From a virus (lineage: Duplodnaviria > Caudoviricetes): a stretch of DNA of 64,000 nt. The stretch lies in IMG/VR virus record IMGVR_UViG_3300029305_003800, positions 35,787 to 99,786 of that record. The stretch is one strand, 5' to 3'. A model generated the notes under the pieces. It was not told the DNA's origin and made no database searches. It saw only the letters and a list, made by a program, of their open reading frames with translations. The position numbers and the translations under genes are program-made. Shown one piece after another: positions 1 to 9,421 of this stretch. How positions within the stretch are numbered: the first letter of the stretch is position 1; each line of letters starts with the position of its first letter.

Positions 1-1036
1 AGAATTATTCTCATTTACACATGTTTATAATAGTGCAAAGAGATGCACACATCAAGTTAGATGGAAAACAAGCACACAAAACTTCGAGGCATTGATGATG
101 TCTAATGTGTGTCAACTAAGAAGAGATGTTATAAGTGAAACATATAAAAGTAGTGGATTTCATAGATTTGTAATCAGAGAAAGAGGAAAAGTCCGCAAAA
201 TAATGTCAGTTCATATTACAGAAAGGACAGTTCAAAAGACTCTATGTGATTACTACTTAATTCCTAAAATAACTCCAAAATTGATTTACGATAATGGAGC
301 ATGTCTTAAAAGAAAGGGAACTAGTTTTGCTATTAAAAGATTAAGAAAGCATTTGCACAAGTATTATCTTGAAAATGGCAGTGATGGTTATATATTACAA
401 TTTGATATAAAAGATTTCTTCAATTCTATAAATCATAAATTATTGATAGATAAGATGAGAAAGATAATAGAAGATGATAAAATCTTCAAATTATATAGTT
501 ATTTTGTAAATTGTTTTGATGGAGATACTGGAATAGGATTAGGGAGTCAAATATCACAAGTAAGTGCCTCATTTTATCTAAATGAATTAGATCATTTAAT
601 AAAAGATAAATTAGGATTTAAGTATTATGGAAGATATATGGATGACGGTTATATTATTTGCAATTCAAAAGAACAATTAAAGGAATGCCTAAGAGAAATA
701 AAAGAATTATTTGAAAAACTAAAACTAACATTAAATCCAAAGAAAACACTAATTATAAGTCTTAAACATGGATTTACTTACATGAAAAGAAGATTTAATC
801 TAAAAGAAGATGGATATATTTCTATGAAACCATATAAGAAAAACATTTTAAGATATAAAAGAAAATATAAGAAATTGATGTTAAAGAATGTAGAAGATAA
901 AGTTCTCGCAGATTTAAGACAGACATTCAAAGGATATCTCAAAGAATTTAATTATGTTGATAGATATACAAGGAGGATAGAAAAAGATGTATCAATTAAG
1001 GAGAGACATAGAGAATTTAGCAGACAGAACTGTTAA
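1..1036 (+). CDS. Reverse transcriptase, DGR-type; 5'-truncated by the window edge
   Basis: Frame is open from position 2 (ELFSFTHVYNSAKRC..VRWKTSTQNFE). RT motifs ERGKVRKI, DNGACLKRKG, QFDIKDFF, GIGLGSQISQ, YYGRYMDD; no maturase or endonuclease extension. Confidence 0.88.
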   Translation, partial: ELFSFTHVYNSAKRCTHQVRWKTSTQNFEALMMSNVCQLRRDVISETYKSSGFHRFVIRERGKVRKIMSVHITERTVQKTLCDYYLIPKITPKLIYDNGACLKRKGTSFAIKRLRKHLHKYYLENGSDGYILQFDIKDFFNSINHKLLIDKMRKIIEDDKIFKLYSYFVNCFDGDTGIGLGSQISQVSASFYLNELDHLIKDKLGFKYYGRYMDDGYIICNSKEQLKECLREIKELFEKLKLTLNPKKTLIISLKHGFTYMKRRFNLKEDGYISMKPYKKNILRYKRKYKKLMLKNVEDKVLADLRQTFKGYLKEFNYVDRYTRRIEKDVSIKERHREFSRQNC

Positions 1037-1211
1037 TGAAAACATTTTTGTAAAAGACAGAACAGTTTATATTGAAGACAAGTTCAAATATCATGATGAT
1101 AATTGGTATGAAAATGCAGATGGAAACTGGATAAACTTACAAGGTGGAATACCAGATTACAGAGTAGAAACAAATTTAGATCCAGATATATTTGTGGAAG
1201 AAAATAAATAA
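987..1211 (+). CDS. hypothetical protein (74 aa)
   Basis: ORF with AGGAGG RBS, overlapping the RT 3' end. Confidence 0.6.
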   Translation: MYQLRRDIENLADRTVNENIFVKDRTVYIEDKFKYHDDNWYENADGNWINLQGGIPDYRVETNLDPDIFVEENK

Positions 1212-1245
1212 TCACAAATTGAGTTATATTAATTAGGAGGACAAA

Positions 1246-1980
1246 ATGGAGGATAAATTAAAAGATATTAAAATAAATTCTTCTAATGTAACAATTCAAA
1301 ATAAGCAGACTACAACAGGACCTATTGCAGTGAAAGAAGATGATAAAAATGTCAATAATGCAGTTAATGACATCATTATTCAAAATGCTAGACAATCAAC
1401 AGATGTTAAAAATGTTATTGATCTTGCTGCAACAAGTAAGGCATTACAAAATGAAAAGACTGTAGATAAAATTGTTAAAGAGAAGACAGACGAACTTATT
1501 ACAGATGCAGAAAAGAAAAAGATTGAAGCAGAAACTGAGAAAATTCGTCAAGAGGCAGAAAAAGTAAAGCAGGAGAAAGAAAAAGAGATTGCTGCTCTGG
1601 AAAAGATTAAAAGTAAACTTGAAGGAGAAGTAGCAAATCTTAAGGCAGAAGATGACAAAGCAAATGCATTCTTTGAAGCAAATAAATCTATTCTTAAATG
1701 TGTAGGTGTAAGAGAAAAACTATCTCTAAAAGCGATGCAATGGCTAATGGTTCCTGCAGGAATAGTGTTTACAATATTCCAAATCTTACTATTACCATTT
1801 TCTTTGATAGGATTTGCAATTGAATCATTAATGACAATAGTTACAGCAGTCTGTGGTAAAATCGCAAAAGGTGGATGGAAGATTGCTATGTCTATTCTAG
1901 TTACAGTTGTAATAGTTGCAATGCTAGCAGGAATATACTATCTTGTTGTCCATTATTCTGGAGTAATATTTAATAATTAG
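1246..1980 (+). CDS. coiled-coil membrane protein with two C-terminal TM helices
   Basis: AGGAGG RBS; EK-rich coiled coil followed by two hydrophobic segments. Confidence 0.7.
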   Translation: MEDKLKDIKINSSNVTIQNKQTTTGPIAVKEDDKNVNNAVNDIIIQNARQSTDVKNVIDLAATSKALQNEKTVDKIVKEKTDELITDAEKKKIEAETEKIRQEAEKVKQEKEKEIAALEKIKSKLEGEVANLKAEDDKANAFFEANKSILKCVGVREKLSLKAMQWLMVPAGIVFTIFQILLLPFSLIGFAIESLMTIVTAVCGKIAKGGWKIAMSILVTVVIVAMLAGIYYLVVHYSGVIFNN

Positions 1981-1990
1981 GAGATAAGTT

Positions 1991-2407
1991 ATGGAAATTA
2001 AAGAGAAAATAGAATACTACTTAAATCAAAATAAATTAGTAGAAGAAACTAAAACAAAATTGATTGATGCACATATTGAACAAATCAATAAAGTTATTGA
2101 AGATAAAATTCTTGCATTGCGAAATGAATTAAGAGAAAGTGCTATAAATGAAGTGTGTGGCGAAGAATATAATGTTCTTAATAAAGAAATTGAAAAGAAC
2201 AATAGACATATAGCAATTCTTACTGAAATAGAAGAGGAAACTGATTTTATTGATGTCTTAAAAGAAATTATTCCTGTTACCACTGAGAATGGCTCTGAAA
2301 TGGCTGAAGATAAATTGCCAGAGGATTTACCAAAAGATAATACAATCACAGAAGAAACAGTTACAGAAAACACTAATAAAGATAATTTAGATGGAATGTT
2401 AAATTAA
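1991..2407 (+). CDS. hypothetical protein
   Basis: ORF with AGGAG RBS. Confidence 0.65.
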   Translation: MEIKEKIEYYLNQNKLVEETKTKLIDAHIEQINKVIEDKILALRNELRESAINEVCGEEYNVLNKEIEKNNRHIAILTEIEEETDFIDVLKEIIPVTTENGSEMAEDKLPEDLPKDNTITEETVTENTNKDNLDGMLN

Positions 2408-2421
2408 GGAGAATATAGATT

Positions 2422-3033
2422 ATGGAGTTTACAGAATTATTTAGAAACTTTGGAAGTCTATTTGAGACATTTCAATGGTGGTCATTATTATTGATTGTAG
2501 GAGTTGTTATTGTGATGGTTCCTATAAACATTTTACTAAAGAAAATAATGAAAGATGAAAAGATTGCAAGATTAAGAAAAATTACAGCATTTATATCTGT
2601 GTATCTTGTATCAATAGCAGTTGTCGCTTTATTTACAGCAATAGCAACTAGCACAGCAATTACAGCAACTTACTTATTTGGTGCAGCACTTGCTTTAGGA
2701 TTTTGTTCACAGTTTGTATGGGAAATTGTTAAAATCATTAGAGACTACGGATTTAAGAAATTTATTGTTTGGTTAAGTAGAAAAATTAATGAAGAAAAAC
2801 TCATTAAAAAAATTGCAACAAAATACAGTATAGACGAAAAACTTGTCAAAGGACTAGTTGCTGAAGCAAAGAATCAAATAAAAGATATTGATACATCTGA
2901 AATAGATAGAGTATTCAAAGAAGATACAGAGTTTATGACAAGTATAAAACAAAGACTTGAAAGTGTTGTATACGCAGAAAACTTAAATGAAGCATTAAAT
3001 GAAGTAATAACTATTGTTAAAGAATATAAATAA
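2422..3033 (+). CDS. membrane protein with three TM helices, possibly holin-like
   Basis: Three N-terminal hydrophobic segments and charged C-terminus; last gene before a terminator. Holin role is inference. Confidence 0.5.
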   Translation: MEFTELFRNFGSLFETFQWWSLLLIVGVVIVMVPINILLKKIMKDEKIARLRKITAFISVYLVSIAVVALFTAIATSTAITATYLFGAALALGFCSQFVWEIVKIIRDYGFKKFIVWLSRKINEEKLIKKIATKYSIDEKLVKGLVAEAKNQIKDIDTSEIDRVFKEDTEFMTSIKQRLESVVYAENLNEALNEVITIVKEYK

Positions 3034-3049
3034 AAAACAATAATTATAT

Positions 3050-3080
3050 AAAGGGATCACAAAATAGTGGTCTCTTTTTA
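3050..3080 (+). terminator. intrinsic terminator
   Basis: AAAGGGATCAC-aaaata-GTGGTCTCTTT hairpin plus T-tract. Confidence 0.7.
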
Positions 3081-3091
3081 TATGCTAAAAA

Positions 3092-3142
3092 TTCTTCATG
3101 TGAAGAAAATATTCTTGAGGTGAAGATAAATTTAATTATAAT
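3092..3142 (+). promoter_or_regulatory. TTGAGG-N16-TATAAT promoter with tandem TTCTTSA-NN-TGAAGAW palindromes
   Basis: TTGAGG 3115-3120, TATAAT 3137-3142; palindromes 3092-3107 and 3112-3127. Confidence 0.65.
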
Positions 3143-3186
3143 AAAATAGGAAACGAAAAAAATAATTCAAAAAAAATCAAAGAAAT

Positions 3187-3228
3187 TCGTCTGATCCTCT
3201 TGCCTTTTTTCGGTAAATAGAATATAAT
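3187..3228 (+). promoter_or_regulatory. sigma-A-type early promoter (TTGCCT-N17-TATAAT)
   Basis: 42-bp block repeated with one mismatch at 18614-18655. Confidence 0.75.
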
Positions 3229-3271
3229 GATAATAGAAAAGTAAAAACTTACTTTTCAAAAGGAGAACAAA

Positions 3272-3982
3272 ATGGAATTCAAATTATTAGAAAAATGGAT
3301 GCAAGATTATGAAGAAAATAGATATAATCAAATCACAAAGACACAAAACTTAATGAATAAATGGAAGGAAGAGAAAAAGAAACAGAAGACATTAGATGTA
3401 AATTATCCTAGTTACAATAAAGATTCAGTTCCTGTGATAATTCCTGAAATGAAACAACACTGTTGTGCTACAATATCTCCAAATTGGAAAAGAGTTACAG
3501 AACAAGCAACTGTAAGAGATAGAAATGTTGAAGGAATAAAATACAAAGTAGTTGAGACAACAGTAATAATAGATCAAATTGAAGTTAATGGAAAACTTTA
3601 TGAGGATTATGTTACTGGTGGAGATTATTACAGGATGCAACAAAAGTATAATGGACTTGAGAAATTGCTATCTGATAATCAATGTTCAATGTCAGATTAC
3701 ACTTGGCTATTGATTATTAGAACAGACACAGAAATACATAATAAAGCACATAAAGACATGCTAAATCAAAAGAAAGCAATTGAAGCAAAGATTAGAAAAA
3801 TATGTGGAGATGAATTTACTCACATAGATGATACAACTGGAGATCTCTATGTTAGAGGAATAAACGGAAGAACAGCACACATTTGGGCAATAACTGCTGG
3901 TGGATATAATCAAGATATTATTGTAAATGAAAGACATGGTCAATGTTTACATATTAGAATATTAGTTAAGGAGGTAAAATAA
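3272..3982 (+). CDS. hypothetical early protein
   Basis: AAAGGAG RBS; first gene after early promoter. Confidence 0.7.
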   Translation: MEFKLLEKWMQDYEENRYNQITKTQNLMNKWKEEKKKQKTLDVNYPSYNKDSVPVIIPEMKQHCCATISPNWKRVTEQATVRDRNVEGIKYKVVETTVIIDQIEVNGKLYEDYVTGGDYYRMQQKYNGLEKLLSDNQCSMSDYTWLLIIRTDTEIHNKAHKDMLNQKKAIEAKIRKICGDEFTHIDDTTGDLYVRGINGRTAHIWAITAGGYNQDIIVNERHGQCLHIRILVKEVK

Positions 3983-3983
3983 C

Positions 3984-4205
3984 ATGATACTTAATAAAAA
4001 TGTGACAAAAGAAGAATTTACAAAAGCAATTATTGAAGAGGTAAACAACGGAAAAGCAAGTGTCGGACAAAAGATCCAGACACTTGTAAAAATCCGTAGA
4101 GAAAGTCACGGAAATGATGTTATACAAGATAAATGCAACAAATACTTAGATGAATTATATAATAAGAAGTATGAAATGCTAAGTAAAGGAGAATCAATAT
4201 GGTAA
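3984..4205 (+). CDS. hypothetical protein
   Basis: AAGGAGG RBS, tightly packed. Confidence 0.65.
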   Translation: MILNKNVTKEEFTKAIIEEVNNGKASVGQKIQTLVKIRRESHGNDVIQDKCNKYLDELYNKKYEMLSKGESIW

Positions 4206-4366
4206 AGTATCAAGTGTGTTTTGATGTTGACTTTTACGGATGTCATGAAACAAGGGTGTGTTACGAAACTAATTCTGAATATGACGCACAATGTTATATA
4301 GGTGAAATGTATCATTTAGGAGATTATTCAAATTATTACATTAGGGAGGTAAATAAGAATGATTAA
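4199..4366 (+). CDS. small hypothetical protein (55 aa, not in ORF track)
   Basis: AAAGGAG RBS, ATG 4199, MVKYQVCFDVDFYGCH..., TAA 4364-4366; fills the gap. Confidence 0.55.
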   Translation: MVKYQVCFDVDFYGCHETRVCYETNSEYDAQCYIGEMYHLGDYSNYYIREVNKND

Positions 4367-4805
4367 ATATAATGCAAATCCAAAGGGATGGAAAACAGAT
4401 GACTGTGTTATAAGAGCAATAGCACTAGCAACAAATCAAACTTGGGATAAGGTATTCACTGACTTAAATGAAATCGCATTCAAGAAGAAGAGAGTATTTA
4501 ATGATCCTATTGTATATAATGAATACCTGAGACAACTTGGATGGAATAAACAATCTCAACCTAGAGCAAGATATTATGACAATGGTTATTATGACACATA
4601 TAAGAAATACACAGTTTATGAATTTATTCGTGATCTAAATCATAAAATGCTTGTTGGTGGATGGGAACATGAAAGTTATATTATAACAGTTGCTCACCAT
4701 ATAACATGTGTAAAACTAAGTGAGGATAAAACTAGATACGACTTATATGATATATGGGATTGTGGTGAAAAGACAATAGGAAATTATTGGATAAAGGAGA
4801 ATTGA
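4359..4805 (+). CDS. conserved phage protein (DCVIRA motif; possible Cys-His-Asp peptidase-like fold)
   Basis: NANPKG..TDDCVIRAI, later HH and DIWDC motifs. Confidence 0.55.
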   Translation: MIKYNANPKGWKTDDCVIRAIALATNQTWDKVFTDLNEIAFKKKRVFNDPIVYNEYLRQLGWNKQSQPRARYYDNGYYDTYKKYTVYEFIRDLNHKMLVGGWEHESYIITVAHHITCVKLSEDKTRYDLYDIWDCGEKTIGNYWIKEN

Positions 4806-4807
4806 TT

Positions 4808-5182
4808 ATGTTAACTTATGGAGATTTAGATTTAAGACATTTAAGAGAAGTGTGTAACATTGATTTTGCACACTTCACATATAAGAAACATCAATGTTCT
4901 TGTTGTTATGGACCAAAAGATTTGTCAGCAAGATATTGGAGAAATCATATAATACCTGAAGGAGATGATTATTCATACATACTATTTAAGAATGCTGAAA
5001 ATGGCAGTGGCACAGTGACTAAACATGATGAAATAAAAGACCATTGTTGTATTTCATGGGATTTAACTGATGAGCAGTTAGATAAAGTTTGTGAAGAATT
5101 GACAAGACAATTAAAAGGTCATTATGAGGTAATAAAACCTAAAGACAAGTATACTTGTATTCAACTAATGAGGAGGGTATAA
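4808..5182 (+). CDS. hypothetical Cys-rich protein
   Basis: AAGGAG RBS before ATG 4808; CSCC motif. Confidence 0.6.
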   Translation: MLTYGDLDLRHLREVCNIDFAHFTYKKHQCSCCYGPKDLSARYWRNHIIPEGDDYSYILFKNAENGSGTVTKHDEIKDHCCISWDLTDEQLDKVCEELTRQLKGHYEVIKPKDKYTCIQLMRRV

Positions 5183-5184
5183 TT

Positions 5185-5451
5185 ATGGAAAGAATAATTA
5201 ACCTTAAGAGTATAGCATTACACAATCCAACAGAAGTAGAATGTGAAGGAAAAATATTGTTAACACAGGGACTAAGTATACATCAATTAGTTGAATTATG
5301 GAAATGGTATTACAATATTGCACCATTTGATACAATATTGTTAGTTGCAGGAGAGAAAAATTACAACGCTATGCAACAACCACCTTTATCTAGTGCCAAA
5401 AGTGTTTTAGAAATATTTACAGAGTTAGGTGTTCAAGTTGTAAAAGAATAG
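5185..5451 (+). CDS. hypothetical protein
   Basis: AGGAGG RBS before ATG 5185. Confidence 0.6.
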   Translation: MERIINLKSIALHNPTEVECEGKILLTQGLSIHQLVELWKWYYNIAPFDTILLVAGEKNYNAMQQPPLSSAKSVLEIFTELGVQVVKE

Positions 5452-5461
5452 GAGAATAATT

Positions 5462-5947
5462 ATGGAAGATACAAGAAAAGTTTTATTAAAACAAATAGAA
5501 AATGCTTTATATAAAAATCAAGATTTAGGAAATGTAATAGATAACGATGATTTCTTAACTGAAGTAGAAGGAATATTAAAGTTATATAAAATAGAACAAG
5601 GTGATTTAAGATACTATAACATAAATCAAAATAATGTTGAGGGTCATCTTATAAGAAATGATGATGTAGATGCATTTATATCTATTCAAGCATACAATTT
5701 AGATAGTGCTAAAGCAATAGCGAGAGAAATACTTGCTCCATATAGAGACTATTGTCCTTGTTGTGGATATAGATGGGATGATGACTATCTAACTGCAGGT
5801 AAATCTACAGACGAACCTTATGTAAGAGGAGAACCTTACAAGAAACAAAATGATCCATTTTGGTGTAAGAATAATAAACTTATTATCTACAAATATGATG
5901 GCACAAAAGAAGTATATGACTTAAATCAAAATTTGAAGGAGAAATAA
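5462..5947 (+). CDS. hypothetical protein with YCPCCGxRW zinc-binding motif
   Basis: AGGAG RBS; DYCPCCGYRW. Confidence 0.65.
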   Translation: MEDTRKVLLKQIENALYKNQDLGNVIDNDDFLTEVEGILKLYKIEQGDLRYYNINQNNVEGHLIRNDDVDAFISIQAYNLDSAKAIAREILAPYRDYCPCCGYRWDDDYLTAGKSTDEPYVRGEPYKKQNDPFWCKNNKLIIYKYDGTKEVYDLNQNLKEK

Positions 5948-5949
5948 TT

Positions 5950-6453
5950 ATGAAAGACATTATTGATAAGTATAAAGAAAAAGAATCAAATATAGATGAA
6001 GTAAACTATCGTAGAAAATTGATAATTGGAACTATTGAACAACTATTAAAAAGAAATCAAAATTCTGATGGAGTTATAGATAATGAAAACTTTATGAGAA
6101 GTATTAGAGAAGAACTAAGAAAATACGAGTTTAGAAAACCTAATACAACCTTTTCAGAATTGTGTTATATCCTTCAAAAGTGTAATTCGTATGATGTTGC
6201 AAAATTTGTTTGTTATCCTTATATTATTGATGAAATAACTGACAAATTTATTTCATATTCAAATGACTATTTATTTCTTACAAATGGACTTGTTATGATA
6301 CAATACGATAAATCAGATAAAATACTTGAAATCAACACTTTTGATTACACAGATGTAAGTTCAAGTTCAGTAAATACCTTTTATAGAAATGTTGCATTTA
6401 GTGTAAAAGAAAATAGATTCAGAAGACTTATGGATTTTGTAAAGGAGAAATAG
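5950..6453 (+). CDS. hypothetical protein
   Basis: AAGGAG RBS; N-terminal part resembles that of the preceding ORF (IEQLL.RNQ..DGVIDNENF vs IENAL.KNQ..GNVIDNDDF). Confidence 0.65.
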   Translation: MKDIIDKYKEKESNIDEVNYRRKLIIGTIEQLLKRNQNSDGVIDNENFMRSIREELRKYEFRKPNTTFSELCYILQKCNSYDVAKFVCYPYIIDEITDKFISYSNDYLFLTNGLVMIQYDKSDKILEINTFDYTDVSSSSVNTFYRNVAFSVKENRFRRLMDFVKEK

Positions 6454-6455
6454 TT

Positions 6456-6680
6456 ATGGAAAACGAATTAACCGAATATCAGAAATATAGATTACAAACT
6501 CAGAGATTATATCAAAGAAAACTTCTTAGAAGAGCAGTTCAAATTGCAATAGAGAGATGTGAAGATTTTTATTATGATATGCATAGAAAATATAATGGTA
6601 AGAAATATCCAATATACATAAATGAATGTATTGAAGAAGTTATAAAAGAGGCACAAGCAGAATTAAGAGAGGAAAAATAA
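6456..6680 (+). CDS. hypothetical protein
   Basis: AAGGAG RBS. Confidence 0.6.
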   Translation: MENELTEYQKYRLQTQRLYQRKLLRRAVQIAIERCEDFYYDMHRKYNGKKYPIYINECIEEVIKEAQAELREEK

Positions 6681-6681
6681 C

Positions 6682-7608
6682 ATGTATTATTGTTCAATAA
6701 AAGATATTCCTAAATATGAAGATCTAGAAATGTTTTCTAGTTTTCATATTAAAACGACTGATGAAATTGTTCTTGAATTAAGAACGCATAACATACAAGG
6801 TATTCCTGAAGCAATATGTGTTTATAAACATACAAAAGATAATACTGAACTATTATTCTCGGGGAGATTAAATAGAAATTGTTATAATGGTGCTATGAGA
6901 ATATTAAAAGAACATTACTTCTATTATCGTTTATGGAAGAATACAGAAAAACTTGAAACCAAAGATAAGGAGGAAATAAAAGTGGTAACAAGTAGTTTAG
7001 ATAAAAATCAACCTATTTATATTTCAGAAAAGGGCAGAGAAGAATTATTTAATTACATTCTTCTACAAGAAAAATCAGATACACTTCAACGAGTTTGGAA
7101 AGACATTGATGGTCTTTATGAATACATGTTCAGTGCAGAAAATCTTGAAAGATATTGTCTTGGTGCAACAAACAGAGCAGATTATGCTTATAAGAAAATA
7201 AGCAAACTTTTAAGAAAAGAATATGAGGAATGGAAAGCAGATAAATGTGTAGTAGGAGGATTCAAAGATAAGAATGGGAAAGATCTTCATGTCGGAGACA
7301 GAGTTAGATATTACACTTATCCTGATTATGATAAATACTACAATGCAATAATAGAAAAATTTGCGTCAACAACTGTAAGAGTTCTAATTCACGGGAAAGT
7401 TCCTAGATATACACAAAGTAGATATCTTGAATTGATTACAGATGATTCTATTGAATTATTAACAATCAGCAGAGGAGACCTAAAAGAATTGCTCAAACTT
7501 ATAAATGAAAACAATATGAATGGAAGACTTAACTCTATTGCATATAAAATAAACAAAATTATTGATTTAGGAGAAATGAAATGGAAAGATTGCAAGGATA
7601 CGAAATGA
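6682..7608 (+). CDS. hypothetical protein with YopX/SH3-like segment
   Basis: GFKDKNGKDLHVGDRV motif. Confidence 0.6.
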   Translation: MYYCSIKDIPKYEDLEMFSSFHIKTTDEIVLELRTHNIQGIPEAICVYKHTKDNTELLFSGRLNRNCYNGAMRILKEHYFYYRLWKNTEKLETKDKEEIKVVTSSLDKNQPIYISEKGREELFNYILLQEKSDTLQRVWKDIDGLYEYMFSAENLERYCLGATNRADYAYKKISKLLRKEYEEWKADKCVVGGFKDKNGKDLHVGDRVRYYTYPDYDKYYNAIIEKFASTTVRVLIHGKVPRYTQSRYLELITDDSIELLTISRGDLKELLKLINENNMNGRLNSIAYKINKIIDLGEMKWKDCKDTK

Positions 7609-8042
7609 GAAATATGAGAAGTAAACTCAAATTCATAAGTTATGGTGAGTCAAGCAAAGGAAACATTAGAGCAAATCTCGCTCTTAAAAATAGTGATAAG
7701 GCAACTTATTATCACTGGTTAAATGATGAAGAAAAAGCAAAATTCAAAAGTTCTGAATATTATAATCCAAAATATAAAGTAAATAATACTAAAACTTATT
7801 TGAAATGCTTTGAACTAAGTGAGAATTCAATTGATAAAGTTTACAATGAAATTAAATTGCCTGGAGAACCCAGATATTACAGAATATATCAAGTTGATCC
7901 TTGGAGATACAGTATTGAAATAACTAGAGCAAATACGCAAATAAATTTGCGAGTTACAAAAGAACAAATGGACGAATTGCAAGATTGGTTAGATGGTTAT
8001 AATTATATTGATGATACGGAGGAATATAATGATGAAGAATAA
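7581..8042 (+). CDS. hypothetical protein
   Basis: AGGAG RBS, overlapping operon packing. Confidence 0.6.
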   Translation: MERLQGYEMRNMRSKLKFISYGESSKGNIRANLALKNSDKATYYHWLNDEEKAKFKSSEYYNPKYKVNNTKTYLKCFELSENSIDKVYNEIKLPGEPRYYRIYQVDPWRYSIEITRANTQINLRVTKEQMDELQDWLDGYNYIDDTEEYNDEE

Positions 8043-8265
8043 TTCTGATCAAATAAAAATGGATTTAGATGATCTTTTTGATAAGAGAAAATATTATGCA
8101 GAACTTTTATATTGGAATGGAACAAAAGAAACTATTGAAATAAGAAAGAAATTTATTCAAGATATAGTTGATGCAGTTAGAGGACAATTCACATTTATAA
8201 ATAGAGAGACAGGACTCTGTGTTTATGGAGGATCTATTCACACAGTCAATATTTATGTAAAATAA
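8029..8265 (+). CDS. hypothetical protein
   Basis: GGAGG RBS before ATG 8029. Confidence 0.6.
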   Translation: MMKNNSDQIKMDLDDLFDKRKYYAELLYWNGTKETIEIRKKFIQDIVDAVRGQFTFINRETGLCVYGGSIHTVNIYVK

Positions 8266-8316
8266 TTCATCACATGAAGAAAAATTACTTGAGGTAAAGA
8301 TAAAGACAGTTATAAT
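8266..8316 (+). promoter_or_regulatory. TTGAGG-N16-TATAAT promoter with tandem operator-like palindromes
   Basis: TTGAGG 8289-8294, TATAAT 8311-8316; palindromes 8266-8281 and 8286-8301. Confidence 0.65.
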
Positions 8317-8336
8317 AATGTAGAGGAGGAAATGAT

Positions 8337-8549
8337 ATGAGCACAACTGAACTAAGAAAAGAAATCAGAAGAATGCTTAAAAAAGATCCAAAAGTAAAAG
8401 AATACATATCTAAATTTGAACAATTTACAGGATTAAGATATTCTGGAAGACTTACTGTAGAACAGTTGAATGATCTTATTATTTGGTGCACTAACGAACA
8501 AATAAGTGCAGAAAGAAACTACAGAAAAAGTCTTGGAGGAATTATATGA
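8337..8549 (+). CDS. hypothetical protein
   Basis: GAGGAGG RBS. Confidence 0.6.
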   Translation: MSTTELRKEIRRMLKKDPKVKEYISKFEQFTGLRYSGRLTVEQLNDLIIWCTNEQISAERNYRKSLGGII

Positions 8550-9421
8550 TAGGAGATAAATTATATTTTGAAGATCTAGGAGTTGATGTCTCTGAATGTA
8601 ATTCTATAGAAGAAGTCTTGAACAAAAGTAAGTTAAATTATTCAGTTGAAAAACAAAGTATATACTTAAAAGACGGCAGAGAAATAAAAGATAACTATGC
8701 TACAGTAAAGAATAATGAAACAGTATTGGGAGTTGTAGGCAAAGATTATACAGTTCTAAGTAATTCAGAAGGATTTGATTTTGTGGATGAATTAATAAAT
8801 ACATATAATTTTAAGTTTGTTAGAGCAGGAGAATGGAGTAAGGGAGAAAGATCTTTTATTGTATTGTCTATGCCAGAAATAGAATTATTTGGAGATAAAC
8901 TTATTCCATATGTTTTACTAACAAATTGTTATGATGGTAGTGGATCAGTAAAGGCAATTATAACTCCTGTAATCAATAATAATGTTATTATGTTTGGCGA
9001 TTATAAATATCTTATAAGACATAGTAAAAATGTTAAAGATAGACCTGTGTTATGTGAACAACTTTATGCATTCTTTAATTCAATTATTAGATCCGTCGCA
9101 GAACAAGCAGAAATATTTAACATAAAGAACTTTACTAAAGATGAATTTATCACCATTCTGAGCCATATTCTAGGTATAAACAAGTCTATTTCAAATATTA
9201 AAAGAGAAAGAGCAGAACAAACTATGCAGGAAATTATGAGTAGATATTATTCAGAAGAAATGAACAAGTTTGGAGAAACATTTTGGAGAGCAGTTTTATG
9301 TATAGCAGGACAGGAATGTCAAAGACAGACACTAAGAGATACAGGAAATTCAGAAATATTCTTATATAGAATTCTTAATGGAATGAAAATGTTAAATCAG
9401 TTTATAGAAGAGGTGAAATAG
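8546..9421 (+). CDS. DUF932 / TIGR03299-like phage-plasmid protein
   Basis: LNYSVEK, VLGVVGKDYTVLSN.EGFDF, LLTNCYDGSGS motifs typical of the family. Confidence 0.7.
   Translation: MIGDKLYFEDLGVDVSECNSIEEVLNKSKLNYSVEKQSIYLKDGREIKDNYATVKNNETVLGVVGKDYTVLSNSEGFDFVDELINTYNFKFVRAGEWSKGERSFIVLSMPEIELFGDKLIPYVLLTNCYDGSGSVKAIITPVINNNVIMFGDYKYLIRHSKNVKDRPVLCEQLYAFFNSIIRSVAEQAEIFNIKNFTKDEFITILSHILGINKSISNIKRERAEQTMQEIMSRYYSEEMNKFGETFWRAVLCIAGQECQRQTLRDTGNSEIFLYRILNGMKMLNQFIEEVK

Noticed and set aside
1-1211. RT as group II intron or retron
   Set aside because: No maturase domain or domain V/VI hairpin after the ORF and no retron VTG motif; the SQ motif favours DGR.
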